64,000 nt of DNA, taken from NCBI GenBank assembly GCA_047286205.1, contig JBJBBR010000001.1:517373-581372 (forward strand), in the 5' to 3' direction. This DNA is from Synechococcus sp. Lineage in GTDB: Bacteria; Cyanobacteriota; Cyanobacteriia; PCC-6307; Cyanobiaceae. A program made the position numbers and the translations under genes. The notes under the pieces are model-generated. The model was not told the origin of the DNA. It did not search any database and saw only the letters and a list, made by a program, of their open reading frames with translations. This document shows, in pieces, positions 28,375-38,176 of the stretch. Positions within the stretch are counted from its first letter, which is position 1. Every line of letters begins with the position of its first letter.

Positions 28375-28959
28375 ATGAACGTCAATCCAGCCGCTCCTGA
28401 AACGGACTGGTCGCTGCATGAGGGGTGGCTAAAGGCATTCGACGCGAGGCTCTGGCAAACACGCCTTGAACAACAGCTCCAGTGGCAACAGCCAGTCGTT
28501 CAGGTCTATGGCAAGCGTCACCCCGTCCCCCGGTTGACGGTGTTTCTCGCCAATGAAGGGATTCAGTACCGCTACAGCGGTGCCGTTCACAGGGGCTCTG
28601 GCTGGCCTGAATGGTTCAGGCCATTGCTGGACCAAGTGAATGCAGCCTGTAGGACCGAATTCAACGGATGCTTGCTCAATCTTTATCGCCATGGGGAGGA
28701 CCGCATGGGCTGGCACGCTGATGACGAACCGGAAATTGATCAGCGGGCTCCGATTGCCTCCTTGTCACTCGGGGCGACACGGGATTTTCAGCTCCGCGAT
28801 CGCAGCACTGTCCAACGGAGGATGTCGCTGCCGCTAGCAGATGGTGACCTTTTGGTGATGCACCCGGGTTGTCAGAACCGATGGATGCACAGTGTTCCGC
28901 AACGGCGCAAAGTGCAGAGCAAACGCATCAATCTCACCTTTCGCCGTTTTCAAAACTGA
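28375..28959 (+). CDS. alkB: alpha-ketoglutarate-dependent dioxygenase AlkB
   Basis: LLNLYRHGEDRMGWHADDE (His-x-Asp), ...HSVP... and RINLTFR are the AlkB 2OG-Fe(II) motifs. Confidence 0.85.
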   Translation: MNVNPAAPETDWSLHEGWLKAFDARLWQTRLEQQLQWQQPVVQVYGKRHPVPRLTVFLANEGIQYRYSGAVHRGSGWPEWFRPLLDQVNAACRTEFNGCLLNLYRHGEDRMGWHADDEPEIDQRAPIASLSLGATRDFQLRDRSTVQRRMSLPLADGDLLVMHPGCQNRWMHSVPQRRKVQSKRINLTFRRFQN

Positions 28960-29852
28960 GATGCCAGCAGGACGCCCCAAGCTGGAGCGGTGAACATTGC
29001 CAGCAGCGTGCTCCAAAACACAAGACCTGCGGCCCTTTCCTGATCAGTCCCCACAGACTCTGCAATCAACAACAGGGAGATCGCTGTCGGCGCAGCTCCC
29101 TGCAGGGCAACCGCCTGCACCATCAACGGATTGAACTGCAGCAGAGACGCAAGCAACAGCAGGAACAGCGGATAAAGAATGAGCTTGGCCACAAGAGGCC
29201 TCAGCAGCTTCAACGGACGTGCGGCCGGCGTGATTCCGTGGAGATGAATGCTGCCCAGGCGCATGCCAACCACCATCAGAGCCAGCAGGATCACGCACCG
29301 GGACGGCCACCACAAAGCGTCGGTCACTAGCGCAGACCAGGGGCTCGCCTGAATCAACAGAGCTCCGATGAGCCCTCGGGTTGCCGGGCTCGCCGCCACG
29401 CTGCTGAACAGACCTTGCAGCCGTTGCGAACTGTTGGCCTGCGACCCAATTAGCAGCGGTCCAAGGCTCCAGATCAGCAGTGTCGCCCCCAGGTCGTAGC
29501 CAATGGTGATGGGGAGGGCCTCGTCGGGCAGAAAAGCTAAGGCCAAAGGGACCCCGAAATAGGCCGTATTTCCAGTGCAGCTGCCCAAACGCAGTGTGGG
29601 AGAAGCCAGCGCAGCCAGTCCAGGCAGGCGCGACGCCCCCACCAGAACGAGGCCCATGGCCAGCACCGCAAGACCCGCCGCCTGCAACATGTCACCGCTC
29701 AGACCTCCCTTCAGCAGCAGGCCCATCACGCTGATCGGGACTCCGAACCGCACCAAGGGTGAGGCCAAACGGGTGGAAAGGGTTTCATGGCGTCTTCCAG
29801 CCCAAAACCCGATCAGCAGACAGGGCAAAAGCTCCAGCAAAAACCGAAGCAT
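28950..29852 (-). CDS. auxin-efflux-carrier (AEC) family permease
   Basis: About 10 TM segments starting MLRFLLELLPCLLIGFWAGRR. Internal ATG chosen over the 346-aa track ORF. Confidence 0.75.
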   Translation of the reverse strand: MLRFLLELLPCLLIGFWAGRRHETLSTRLASPLVRFGVPISVMGLLLKGGLSGDMLQAAGLAVLAMGLVLVGASRLPGLAALASPTLRLGSCTGNTAYFGVPLALAFLPDEALPITIGYDLGATLLIWSLGPLLIGSQANSSQRLQGLFSSVAASPATRGLIGALLIQASPWSALVTDALWWPSRCVILLALMVVGMRLGSIHLHGITPAARPLKLLRPLVAKLILYPLFLLLLASLLQFNPLMVQAVALQGAAPTAISLLLIAESVGTDQERAAGLVFWSTLLAMFTAPAWGVLLASQF

Positions 29853-29984
29853 CGACACATCCACCTGACAACGCGACCCTAGAAAGCTGAAGCGACAGAT
29901 GCATCGGCCCCGATGAACACACCGGCCTGATTCACCGTGCAACGCGCTTAATCTGAAATCAGGTAAGGCGCGTGAATCCGACCG

Positions 29985-30200
29985 ATGCACCCCGCTTCAC
30001 GCCATCGCATCGTGCGCAGTGACAAAGCGGAAGACCATCTGACGCGGCAGCGTTTTGACAGCTACGACGCTGCCTACGATGAGCTTGAGCGCTACTACAG
30101 AGATTTCTGCTGTTCTGATGATGATCGTGTCGACTACACGATCGTGTGCAAGCCCACAGACAGTCCTGACGGCATGGGCATCAATCAGCCCGTCGAATGA
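29985..30200 (+). CDS. hypothetical protein (71 aa)
   Basis: Track ORF with an ATG start and acidic composition (YDELERYYRDFCCSDDDRVDY). No family recognised. Confidence 0.3.
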   Translation: MHPASRHRIVRSDKAEDHLTRQRFDSYDAAYDELERYYRDFCCSDDDRVDYTIVCKPTDSPDGMGINQPVE

Positions 30201-30405
30201 TCCTGACGTTGAGACCACTGAAGAGGCCTCAAGATCACACCGTCAAGCTTTATTGCAACAGAGCAGTCTCGCAGGTCAGACCACAGAGACGCATCCCTAG
30301 ATGCCAAGCATTCAAACCACTAAGTCATGAAAATGTCGGCCCGATTCATTGACATCCAGCGAGCCAATCAGTTATGAACTATGTATCCATTGAGACGCAT
30401 TTCAC

Positions 30406-30795
30406 ATGCTGACCGGTTCCGAGCTGCTTGCCAAGGTCAAAGAACTTGGGGATGTTTCCAAATCCGATCTGGTGAGAGCTTGCGGATACGTCTCCGACAA
30501 GAAAGATGGTGGCGATCGTCTGAATTTCACTGCCTTCTATGAGGCTCTGCTGGAAGCCAAAGGCGTCAATCTCAGCAGCGGCGGTGCTGCGATTGGCAAG
30601 GGTGGTCGCAAGCTGAGCTACATCGCCAAGGTGCAGGGCAACGGCAATCTGCTGATCGGCAAGGCCTACACCGCCATGCTTAACCTGGAACCCGGTGACG
30701 AGTTTGAAATCAAGCTTGGCAAGAAAGCTATTCGTCTGATTCCGACCGGTGCAGCTGCAGAGCACAGCGAAGCCGCTGATCAAGTTGACGAGTGA
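30406..30795 (+). CDS. cyanobacterial AbrB-family regulator (cyAbrB)
   Basis: About 130 aa with a C-terminal SpoVT/AbrB-like swapped-hairpin segment (GNLLIGKAYTAMLNLEPGDEFEIKLGKKAIRLIP). This is the cyAbrB architecture. Followed by a strong terminator. Confidence 0.8.
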   Translation: MLTGSELLAKVKELGDVSKSDLVRACGYVSDKKDGGDRLNFTAFYEALLEAKGVNLSSGGAAIGKGGRKLSYIAKVQGNGNLLIGKAYTAMLNLEPGDEFEIKLGKKAIRLIPTGAAAEHSEAADQVDE

Positions 30796-30831
30796 TCATC
30801 TGATTCATCGACCCAAGCTGAAACTTCTCTC

Positions 30832-30863
30832 AGCCCCTCCCCTACCTGGAGGGGCTTTTTATT
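30832..30863 (+). terminator. intrinsic terminator
   Basis: AGCCCCTCC / GGAGGGGCT 9-bp stem with a 7-nt loop, followed by TTTTTATT. Confidence 0.75.
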
Positions 30864-30928
30864 GAACAAGGAACAACCAACGCCTTGCCGCAGCGAGCAG
30901 GGGGCTGGCACAGCAATTCGTGGTCGGT

Positions 30929-31231
30929 ATGGTGAGCCGAAATGGAGCGACAGCGTTGAAATCCTTCAAGGCAGCAGTCGCTTCGGTCTTGAGCAATACG
31001 TTCTTAATCGGGGGTTCAGTTGCCCTCTCCATCCATATCGTGCTGACCTTTTTTCGGATGCACGGTCTGGCACTGACCCTCGCTTTTGTGGCGTTTTGGC
31101 TGGTGAGCGTCACCGCTTACTTCCACTGGAAGGGACAACAGTCAAAGGGAAGAACAACAAGCAAGGCCCCAATGCCTCAAAGGAACATCAGAAAGCCCAC
31201 TGAATCATGGAGAGAGCGACAGTCGGCCTGA
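30929..31231 (+). CDS. small two-TM membrane protein
   Basis: FLIGGSVALSIHIVLTFF and LALTLAFVAFWLVSVTAYF form two helices, followed by a basic tail. Confidence 0.35.
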   Translation: MVSRNGATALKSFKAAVASVLSNTFLIGGSVALSIHIVLTFFRMHGLALTLAFVAFWLVSVTAYFHWKGQQSKGRTTSKAPMPQRNIRKPTESWRERQSA

Positions 31232-31255
31232 TGACCGGCATGGAGAGCAACGCTT

Positions 31256-31999
31256 TTAATGCTGCATCTGGTTCAGGAATCTGCGGCTGCGTTCCTCCCT
31301 GGCATTGGTGAAGAACGTCTTGGGGTCGGATGTCTCCACCACTTGGCCCCGGTCCATGAACATCACCCGATCCGCCACCTCACGGGCGAAACCCAGTTCG
31401 TGAGTCACCACCACCATGGTCATCCCACCCTGGGCTAATTGGCGCATCGCATCCAACACTTCCTTCACCCGCTCCGGATCCAAAGCGCTCGTGGGCTCAT
31501 CAAACAGCATCACCTCAGGATCCAGGGCAAGAGCCCGGGCAATCGCCACCCGCTGCTGTTGACCGCCACTGAGTTGGGACGGGTACTTCTGCGCCTGCTC
31601 GCGAATCCCCATCTGGTCGAGAAGCTCAACGGCACGCTGCTCAGCATCCGCCTTGGCCCGCTTTTGCACCTTGATCGGAGCGAGGGTGATGTTGTCGAGG
31701 ATGGAGAGATGGGGGAACAGGTTGAACTGCTGAAAAACCATGCCCACACGTTTACGAATCGCCCGCACCTGACGTTCCCCATGGGTTGCATCCAAACGCA
31801 CCCCCAGCACATCCAAGGCACCCCCATCGAGCGATTCCAGACCATTGAAGGTACGGATCAACGTGCTCTTTCCAGATCCAGAAGGACCCATCACCACCAG
31901 GACCTCGCCGCTGTTCACCTCGAGGCTGACGCCATCGAGAGCCTTCACCCCTTGGGAATAGCTCTTGACCAAATCAGTGGCACGAATGGCAACGGTCAT
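31256..31999 (-). CDS. polar amino-acid ABC transporter, ATP-binding subunit
   Basis: Walker A GPSGSGKST, signature LSGGQQQRVAIARAL, Walker B MLFDEPTSALD. Confidence 0.9.
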   Translation of the reverse strand: MTVAIRATDLVKSYSQGVKALDGVSLEVNSGEVLVVMGPSGSGKSTLIRTFNGLESLDGGALDVLGVRLDATHGERQVRAIRKRVGMVFQQFNLFPHLSILDNITLAPIKVQKRAKADAEQRAVELLDQMGIREQAQKYPSQLSGGQQQRVAIARALALDPEVMLFDEPTSALDPERVKEVLDAMRQLAQGGMTMVVVTHELGFAREVADRVMFMDRGQVVETSDPKTFFTNAREERSRRFLNQMQH

Positions 32000-32973
32000 G
32001 GGGCAGAGCGAGCAGGGTCAAGCTGAACTTCCAGGTGCCGGGCCAGCAGAGCCATCGCCGTACACGCCAGCCAGTAAACCGCAGCAAGCCAGAGATACAC
32101 CTCCAGATAGCGACCAATGAAAGTGGGATTCGCCAACAGGCTGCGACTGATGCCCAGCAATTCCACCAAACCGAGAATGGCCATCAGGCTTGTGTTTTGC
32201 AGCAGACCCACCGCCTGATTGGTCAGCGATGGGAGCGCCACACGGAGCGCCTGGGGCAGCACCACCAATTGCAGGGCTTGACGTGGCGACAGACCAAGCA
32301 CGGCTGCTGCCTCGCGCTGAGTGGGAGGAATCGCCTGTAAACCGCCCCGCACATCTTCAGCGATATAAGCCGCTGCAAACAAAGCGAACGCGACGACGGC
32401 CCGCAAAACCCTGTTGATCTCGAGCCCCGGAGGAAGGAACAACGGAATCAGCAGTTGTCCAAAAAACAAAACGGCAATCAGCGGAACAGCTCGCATCAAC
32501 TCGATGTAGGCGGTGCTGCTCCAACGGAGCATTGGCAGATCACTGCGGCGGCCCAAAGCCAGCAGAATTCCCAACGGCAAAGCCAGCGCGCCGCTGCCTC
32601 CCGTAAGCAGCAGCGTGAGCGTCAGACCTCCCCAGCTGCGAGTTCCCACCGGTAAAAGCCCCGCACCTCCTGCCAAGAGCCAGAGGCCCAGCGGTGCCAT
32701 CGCGATCCAGAGCAGCGGCAACCAACGGCGAACGGGTCCTCGCTTCGGCCCGATGAGAGTTAAAAGTGTGAGCGTGATCAGTGCAGCCATCCACAGAAGC
32801 GGACGCCAGCGTTGATCCGCTGGGAAACTCCCCACCGCATACAACGGCAGATTTGTGGTCACCACAGACCAGTCAGCCCCGACCAGCAGCCAGTGCAGCA
32901 ACGACCAGGCGGCCCATCCGAGCAGAGCCAAAAGCAACAGAGTGATCAATCGATCCAACCAACGGTTCATCAA
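31996..32973 (-). CDS. amino-acid ABC transporter permease
   Basis: Polytopic. EAAAVLGLSPRQALQLVVLPQA is the EAA loop of the His/Glu/Gln/Arg-type permeases. 4-nt overlaps with both neighbours. Confidence 0.85.
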   Translation of the reverse strand: MMNRWLDRLITLLLLALLGWAAWSLLHWLLVGADWSVVTTNLPLYAVGSFPADQRWRPLLWMAALITLTLLTLIGPKRGPVRRWLPLLWIAMAPLGLWLLAGGAGLLPVGTRSWGGLTLTLLLTGGSGALALPLGILLALGRRSDLPMLRWSSTAYIELMRAVPLIAVLFFGQLLIPLFLPPGLEINRVLRAVVAFALFAAAYIAEDVRGGLQAIPPTQREAAAVLGLSPRQALQLVVLPQALRVALPSLTNQAVGLLQNTSLMAILGLVELLGISRSLLANPTFIGRYLEVYLWLAAVYWLACTAMALLARHLEVQLDPARSAP

Positions 32974-33860
32974 CGGCTCCTGTTCAGACGGCCCAGCACG
33001 GCACTGTTGAAGCCGGCCATGCCGCCGCTGATCAACAAATTCAGCAGCAGAAAGCTGAACAACAGCAGCAGGAAGCCCTCAATGGCCCGGCCGGTTTGGG
33101 TGATGGTGGTGTCACTGACGGCATAGAGATCGGCGTAACCCACGGCAATCGCCAGGGTGCTGTTCTTGGCGAGATTGAGGTACTGGCTCGTGAGCGCAGG
33201 AAGAATCGCTGGCAGCGCCTGCGGCAACACAATGCGACGCAGCCCAAGTCCTTCTCCAAGCCCAAGGCTGCGGAAGGCCTCCCACTGCCCCCGTGGAACC
33301 GCACTGATGCCGCCGCGCACGATCTCAGCAATCGAGGCACCGGTGAACACCGTGAGCCCGACAAGAACCGCGCAAAATTCAACGCTGAGATTCAAGCCCA
33401 ATAGCTGAATGCCCTGATTCGAGAGCCTGATCAACCCACCGATCGGCGCCGACGGAAGGCCAAGGAAGGCAACGAAGTACCAAAACAGCAACTGCAGGAG
33501 AAGAGGGATCTGACGAATCAGCGCCACATAGCCTCCGGCCAGGCTGCGCAGCAGACGGTTGCCACTGCTGCGGGCTGCACCGGCAGCCACCCCCAAGAGG
33601 GTGGCGAGCACCAGACCAGCCAGGATCACTTTGAGGCTGTTGAGCCAACCGATGGTCAATGCCCAGAGGTAGCTGTCGGATGGCGCATAGGGGAGAGCAG
33701 TTTCCGCAAGAGCAAAACCTGCCGGTCGACTCAACCAGCCAAAACCCAGGCCCAATCCCGTGCGGATCAGATTGACGGCCAGATTGTTAACCAGCAGGGC
33801 CAGTAGGCCGAACAGAACGGCGGCGACACCAACCTGAACCAGAAGACGTCGATGCCGCAT
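32970..33860 (-). CDS. amino-acid ABC transporter permease
   Basis: Polytopic, with the EAA-like loop EAFRSLGLGEGLGLRRIVLPQA. Confidence 0.85.
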   Translation of the reverse strand: MRHRRLLVQVGVAAVLFGLLALLVNNLAVNLIRTGLGLGFGWLSRPAGFALAETALPYAPSDSYLWALTIGWLNSLKVILAGLVLATLLGVAAGAARSSGNRLLRSLAGGYVALIRQIPLLLQLLFWYFVAFLGLPSAPIGGLIRLSNQGIQLLGLNLSVEFCAVLVGLTVFTGASIAEIVRGGISAVPRGQWEAFRSLGLGEGLGLRRIVLPQALPAILPALTSQYLNLAKNSTLAIAVGYADLYAVSDTTITQTGRAIEGFLLLLFSFLLLNLLISGGMAGFNSAVLGRLNRSR

Positions 33861-34921
33861 CAGGTGAAGGGCGGAGCGATCATCAAACCACCCTCACCGG
33901 CCAAACGGTTGGCACCCCGGGGAATGGCCACGGCACTCTCAGGCCCCAAATGGCGGTTGTAGATCTCGCCGTAATTGCCGGTCGAGCGAATCACCTGAAC
34001 GACGAAGTCATCGGCGAGTCCGAGTTTGCGACCCAGGCCTGGATCCACGCCCAGAAATCGCCGCAGAGCCGTCTGGGAGGGATCAGCTTCGGCTTGCTTC
34101 ACCACGGAGTCGACATTGGCCTGAGTGATGCCCCGTTCCTCCGCTTCGATTAATGCGTAAATCACCCATGTCATGGCATCTCCCATGGGTTGATCACCAC
34201 CCACCACGGCCGGAGCCAAGGGCTCTTTGCTGATCCTGTCGTCAAGAATCAGATGCTGCTGGGGATCCCTGAAGCCAGACCGAGCAGCCGCCAGTTGCGA
34301 GCGATCCGAGGTCATGGCTTCGCACCGCCCCTGGAGGTAGCCACCGACAACCTGATTGAGATCCTGATATTTGATCGGTGTGTAGGGAAGCCCCAACGAC
34401 GCGAAGGCGTCGTTGAGGTTTTGTTCAGTCGTGGTACCCGATCCCACGCAAATGGACTTACCGCTCAGATCAGCCAAGGAGCGCACTCCGCTGGCGGAAT
34501 TCACCATCAAACCCTGCCCATCGTGAAAGACCACAGGGGCAAAGCGCAGCCCATTCCCCCCCACCGCATCGCGGCTGAGGGTGTGGGTGGTGTTGCGGGA
34601 TAACAGATCAATCTCGCCCGATCGCAAAGCCGTGAATCGCTCGGGCGCGGTCAAAGGCCGGTACTGAACCTTCTCAGAATCCCCCACAAACGCAGCGGCC
34701 ATTGCACGGCAGACATCGATGTCCAAGCCGGTGTAACTCCCATCCGGACTGAGAAAACTGAAGCCTGGAATCTTGCCGCTCACCCCGCAGAGCAACTCTC
34801 CTCGCCGTTTGACAAGGTCCAGGCGTGACCCACCCGCACTGTCCAGAGAGGCGCAAGACGCAAGGAGAGAGGACAACCCGGCCAACGCAACGATCAAAAC
34901 AGGCGAACTTGATCGGAACAT
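33860..34921 (-). CDS. amino-acid ABC transporter substrate-binding lipoprotein (AapJ/NatF-like)
   Basis: Lipobox LLASC after MFRSSSPVLIVALAGLSS. Family-3 SBP features. 1-nt overlap with the permease gene. Confidence 0.85.
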   Translation of the reverse strand: MFRSSSPVLIVALAGLSSLLASCASLDSAGGSRLDLVKRRGELLCGVSGKIPGFSFLSPDGSYTGLDIDVCRAMAAAFVGDSEKVQYRPLTAPERFTALRSGEIDLLSRNTTHTLSRDAVGGNGLRFAPVVFHDGQGLMVNSASGVRSLADLSGKSICVGSGTTTEQNLNDAFASLGLPYTPIKYQDLNQVVGGYLQGRCEAMTSDRSQLAAARSGFRDPQQHLILDDRISKEPLAPAVVGGDQPMGDAMTWVIYALIEAEERGITQANVDSVVKQAEADPSQTALRRFLGVDPGLGRKLGLADDFVVQVIRSTGNYGEIYNRHLGPESAVAIPRGANRLAGEGGLMIAPPFT

Positions 34922-35011
34922 CAGCGTTGGTACGAATCGGGTGGGATTGTCCCAGATCCCGGGCAAATCCATAACATCCGGACTACGTTCACGGGAACCA
35001 GAGTTGCTGCA

Positions 35012-35335
35012 ATGAGAGTCTTGGCCTGGCTTTTGGCCGGACTTATCACTGGAACCACTGCACCCTCAGCCATTGCATGGGAGGGAAACGATCGTGGTGC
35101 ATACAACAACAAGATGGCGCTGTTGGGTGTTCTTTTAGAGAGTGCTCATCAACGGGCAGAACGTGATATTCAGACGCTTTGCCTACTGATGAGCATCGGC
35201 AACGATGTGACCGAGAGGTACGTGGAGACCAACCCTGACGACGCGCAGATTCAACAGCGCCTCCTTGCCATGCGCCAAGACCTCAGCGTTTGTCTAGCCA
35301 GTCTGAGAACTTCGGCCGCAGCATCAAGACTCTGA
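35012..35335 (+). CDS. secreted hypothetical protein
   Basis: Signal-like MRVLAWLLAGLITGTTAPSAIA. Confidence 0.4.
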   Translation: MRVLAWLLAGLITGTTAPSAIAWEGNDRGAYNNKMALLGVLLESAHQRAERDIQTLCLLMSIGNDVTERYVETNPDDAQIQQRLLAMRQDLSVCLASLRTSAAASRL

Positions 35336-35350
35336 TCTCCAAGCTGACAC

Positions 35351-36913
35351 TCAGGCATGCGCTGATTCCTGACCGCCGATCCGATCAAACAGATCAAGGC
35401 TTTCTTCGTTGAGGCCAACAACACTGACGACAGAGCCACTGTTGCGATACTTGCGAATGACCTGATCCAGCGCAGCCACGCCGCTCTGGTCCCAGATATG
35501 AGCCTGGGACAGATCAATGGTGATGCGCTCAGGATGGTCGTGAAGATCAAATCCCTGGAGGAAATACACCTTGCTGACAAAGAACAGTTGCCCCTCAACC
35601 CGGTACAACCGCTCCTGATCGCTGATCTGAATGGCCTCCACCTGAATCACCTTGGCCACCTTGCGACTGAACAGAATTCCGGCCAGCGCCACGCCAGCCA
35701 ACACACCAAGGGCGAGGTTGTGAGGAGTCGTGAGCATGGTGACGGCGAAGGTCATCAGCATCACTGAGGTGTCGCTCTTCGGAATCCGACGAAGGTTGCG
35801 GAGGCCATTGATGTCAGCCGTGCTCACGGCGATGCTGATCATCACGGCCACCAAAGCAGCCATCGGAATCTGCTTCAGCCAAGGCCCAGCCAGCAAAATC
35901 ATCGCCAACAGGCTGACCCCGGAAAAAAGGGTTGAGAGTCTCGTGCGGCCACCGTTGTCCACATTCATCACGGACTGACCGACAAGCGCACATCCGGCCA
36001 TACCACCAAACAGGGACGAGACGATGTTGGCGATGCCCTGGCCCCGAGCCTCAACGTTTTTGTTGGTAGTGGTGTCGGTCTTGTCGTCGAGGATGTCTTG
36101 GGTGAGGAAGGTTTCCATCAGCCCGACGAGCGAAATAGCAAGGGCAGTGGGAAGCACCAGCCCCAGGGTCTCAAGGCTGAACGGGACACCCTCAGCACCG
36201 AAGGGAAGACTGAAGGAGGGCAAACCAGCAGGGAGGGTGCCGAGGCTGCTGACCGAGGGAATGTCGAAACTGAAACCAACGCTGATCGCGGTGAGCACGA
36301 TGATCGCCACCAGCTGTGATGGCACCACCTGTGTGAGCTTGGGAAGGCCATAGATGATCACCAGGCCGAGGAGGACCAATCCCCAGACGACCGGGATCTG
36401 CCCACCATGGGGCAGCAAAGACGACGCCCCATGACCGGCTTCTCCAGCATGGAAATCCACACCGAGCTGGGGCAGCTGGGCCTGAAAAATCAATAAGGCC
36501 AGCGCGTTTACAAACCCGCTCAGCACCCCTTGGGGAACAAAGCGCATCTGATAGGCCAAACGTAAATATCCCCAGAGGATCTGCAAAACGCCTGTCACCA
36601 GACCGGCCACCATCAGGTATTGGACGCCCAGGCCTGGCCCCCGGGCTTCACCGGTGGCCACAAGCCCTGTCATCAACAGCGCAGTTGAACCGGTGGCTGA
36701 GGTGATCATGGCCATGCGACCACCAACAACGGCGATGGTCAGCGACAGGCAGAACGCCCCGAACAAACCGACCTTGGGATCAACCCCAGCGATACCCGAA
36801 AAGGCGATGGCCTCAGGGATCATGGCGAAAGCCACAACAAGACCAGAGAGAAGGTCTTTTCTCGGGTTGGCCAACCACTGATTCACCAGAGTTGGATTGG
36901 ATCGCTTGGCCAT
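35351..36913 (-). CDS. SulP-family anion transporter with C-terminal STAS domain
   Basis: 520 aa. The polytopic N-terminal part has SulP-type motifs ([16 protein letters not shown]). The C-terminal STAS region carries ...[11 protein letters not shown]...[18 protein letters not shown]. Confidence 0.9.
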   Translation of the reverse strand: MAKRSNPTLVNQWLANPRKDLLSGLVVAFAMIPEAIAFSGIAGVDPKVGLFGAFCLSLTIAVVGGRMAMITSATGSTALLMTGLVATGEARGPGLGVQYLMVAGLVTGVLQILWGYLRLAYQMRFVPQGVLSGFVNALALLIFQAQLPQLGVDFHAGEAGHGASSLLPHGGQIPVVWGLVLLGLVIIYGLPKLTQVVPSQLVAIIVLTAISVGFSFDIPSVSSLGTLPAGLPSFSLPFGAEGVPFSLETLGLVLPTALAISLVGLMETFLTQDILDDKTDTTTNKNVEARGQGIANIVSSLFGGMAGCALVGQSVMNVDNGGRTRLSTLFSGVSLLAMILLAGPWLKQIPMAALVAVMISIAVSTADINGLRNLRRIPKSDTSVMLMTFAVTMLTTPHNLALGVLAGVALAGILFSRKVAKVIQVEAIQISDQERLYRVEGQLFFVSKVYFLQGFDLHDHPERITIDLSQAHIWDQSGVAALDQVIRKYRNSGSVVSVVGLNEESLDLFDRIGGQESAHA

Positions 36914-36943
36914 CAGCAGATGCCGTTTAGCGGCGACCGTAAA

Positions 36944-38149
36944 TCAGAGCGACGGCAGGGTGCCCGCTGGATCCAAGCGCTGTTTCAGCTTTCGCAACTG
37001 CAACAGCCAAGGGCCAAAGGCTGCCTCCAACTCCCTTTGATGAAAAGGCAGATGATCGTGAAACTGCGCCAGATGCACGCCAGGGCAGACCGGCTCGAGG
37101 ATCTGCCATACCGCTTCCAGCCAAGCGAGGCTGCGGCTTTGGCCATCGCCATCACCTGGTGTCCATGCCGCCGTGATCCACGGTTTCCACTCGGCGTCGC
37201 GGTGAACAAATGAAGTGACCTCAACAGGGACCTGTTGTGTCGCCGCCCCAAGCTGCTGACAGGCGAGGCTGCAGCCCGGATGAGGACGTTGCTCAAGCAA
37301 ACGGCACAGGACCGGCATCAAACGGACCCAGGACTCAGCAGATGCCGGCCCCAACAAACCGACCACCTCCGCATGGCAACGGGGAGGCATCGGAACCGAT
37401 CCCCGCAACGAAGGGAGCTGATGCAGACCCTCGATCCGCTGCATTCCCGCCGATGCATCACCGGAGATGCGGAGCATTTGCACCGCCTCGCCGCCTTCCC
37501 AATGCCATTGAAGGCTGGCGCTGCACTCTGAGCCTTCCGCCTGCAGCATGAGCTCAGGAAGTTGATCCGGAGCCACCGATCGCTGCTCCACCCACAACGG
37601 CTGAAGTGGCTGGGTGGTCAGGCGTACCGCACTCACCACACCTAGGAATGGGGCAGCTCCACAAAGGCCCCGCCACTCCAAGGAGCCCCGATCAGCAGCC
37701 CGGTTAAGCGCAAAGGGGCTGCCATTGCCCCACACCCCATGGATCTCAAGTACTTGATCGACAGCAAGCCCAACGTGTCGACTCAGCGGCCCCATGCCGC
37801 CGGTGAGCACATAGCCAAGCCCAGTCAGACCCGACAAACCGGCAGCCATGGTTCGGCCGTGAGGCAGCAACGCCTCAAGCACCTCTCCCATCCGGCAGCC
37901 CGCGCCGATCCACACCGTCTGATCCGCGGGCTGCCATTCGATCCGTTGAAAGTGGGCTTGGACATCAAGCGTCCAGTTGTCCGCCGCGGCAGCCCGGGAG
38001 GTGGTCCCACCACTGCAGAGTCTCAACGGCCTGGGGCCGTTCCAGTTTTGAATCAGAGAAACCAACTCCTCTGGCCGGGGGGAGACCAGGCCGGAGCGCC
38101 TCGCATCAGCCGCCTGCGCATTGAAGAAAACGGGACGGTCTGAATCCAT
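36944..38149 (-). CDS. FAD-linked oxidase (PCMH-type FAD-binding domain)
   Basis: LRLCSGGTTS...VWIGAGCRMGEVLEAL...GLTGLGYVLTGGMGPLSRHVGLAVDQV is typical of FAD_binding_4. ATG 38149 chosen so it does not overlap the divergent cbiX. Confidence 0.7.
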   Translation of the reverse strand: MDSDRPVFFNAQAADARRSGLVSPRPEELVSLIQNWNGPRPLRLCSGGTTSRAAAADNWTLDVQAHFQRIEWQPADQTVWIGAGCRMGEVLEALLPHGRTMAAGLSGLTGLGYVLTGGMGPLSRHVGLAVDQVLEIHGVWGNGSPFALNRAADRGSLEWRGLCGAAPFLGVVSAVRLTTQPLQPLWVEQRSVAPDQLPELMLQAEGSECSASLQWHWEGGEAVQMLRISGDASAGMQRIEGLHQLPSLRGSVPMPPRCHAEVVGLLGPASAESWVRLMPVLCRLLEQRPHPGCSLACQQLGAATQQVPVEVTSFVHRDAEWKPWITAAWTPGDGDGQSRSLAWLEAVWQILEPVCPGVHLAQFHDHLPFHQRELEAAFGPWLLQLRKLKQRLDPAGTLPSL

Positions 38150-38176
38150 CGCGATGCGACCGATATCGTCAATCCA

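Noticed and set aside
30383-30396. NtcA-like GTA-N8-GAC upstream of the cyAbrB gene
   Set aside because: The third half-site base is wrong (GAC, not TAC). The site is only 10 nt from the ATG, which leaves no room for a -10 box or leader.
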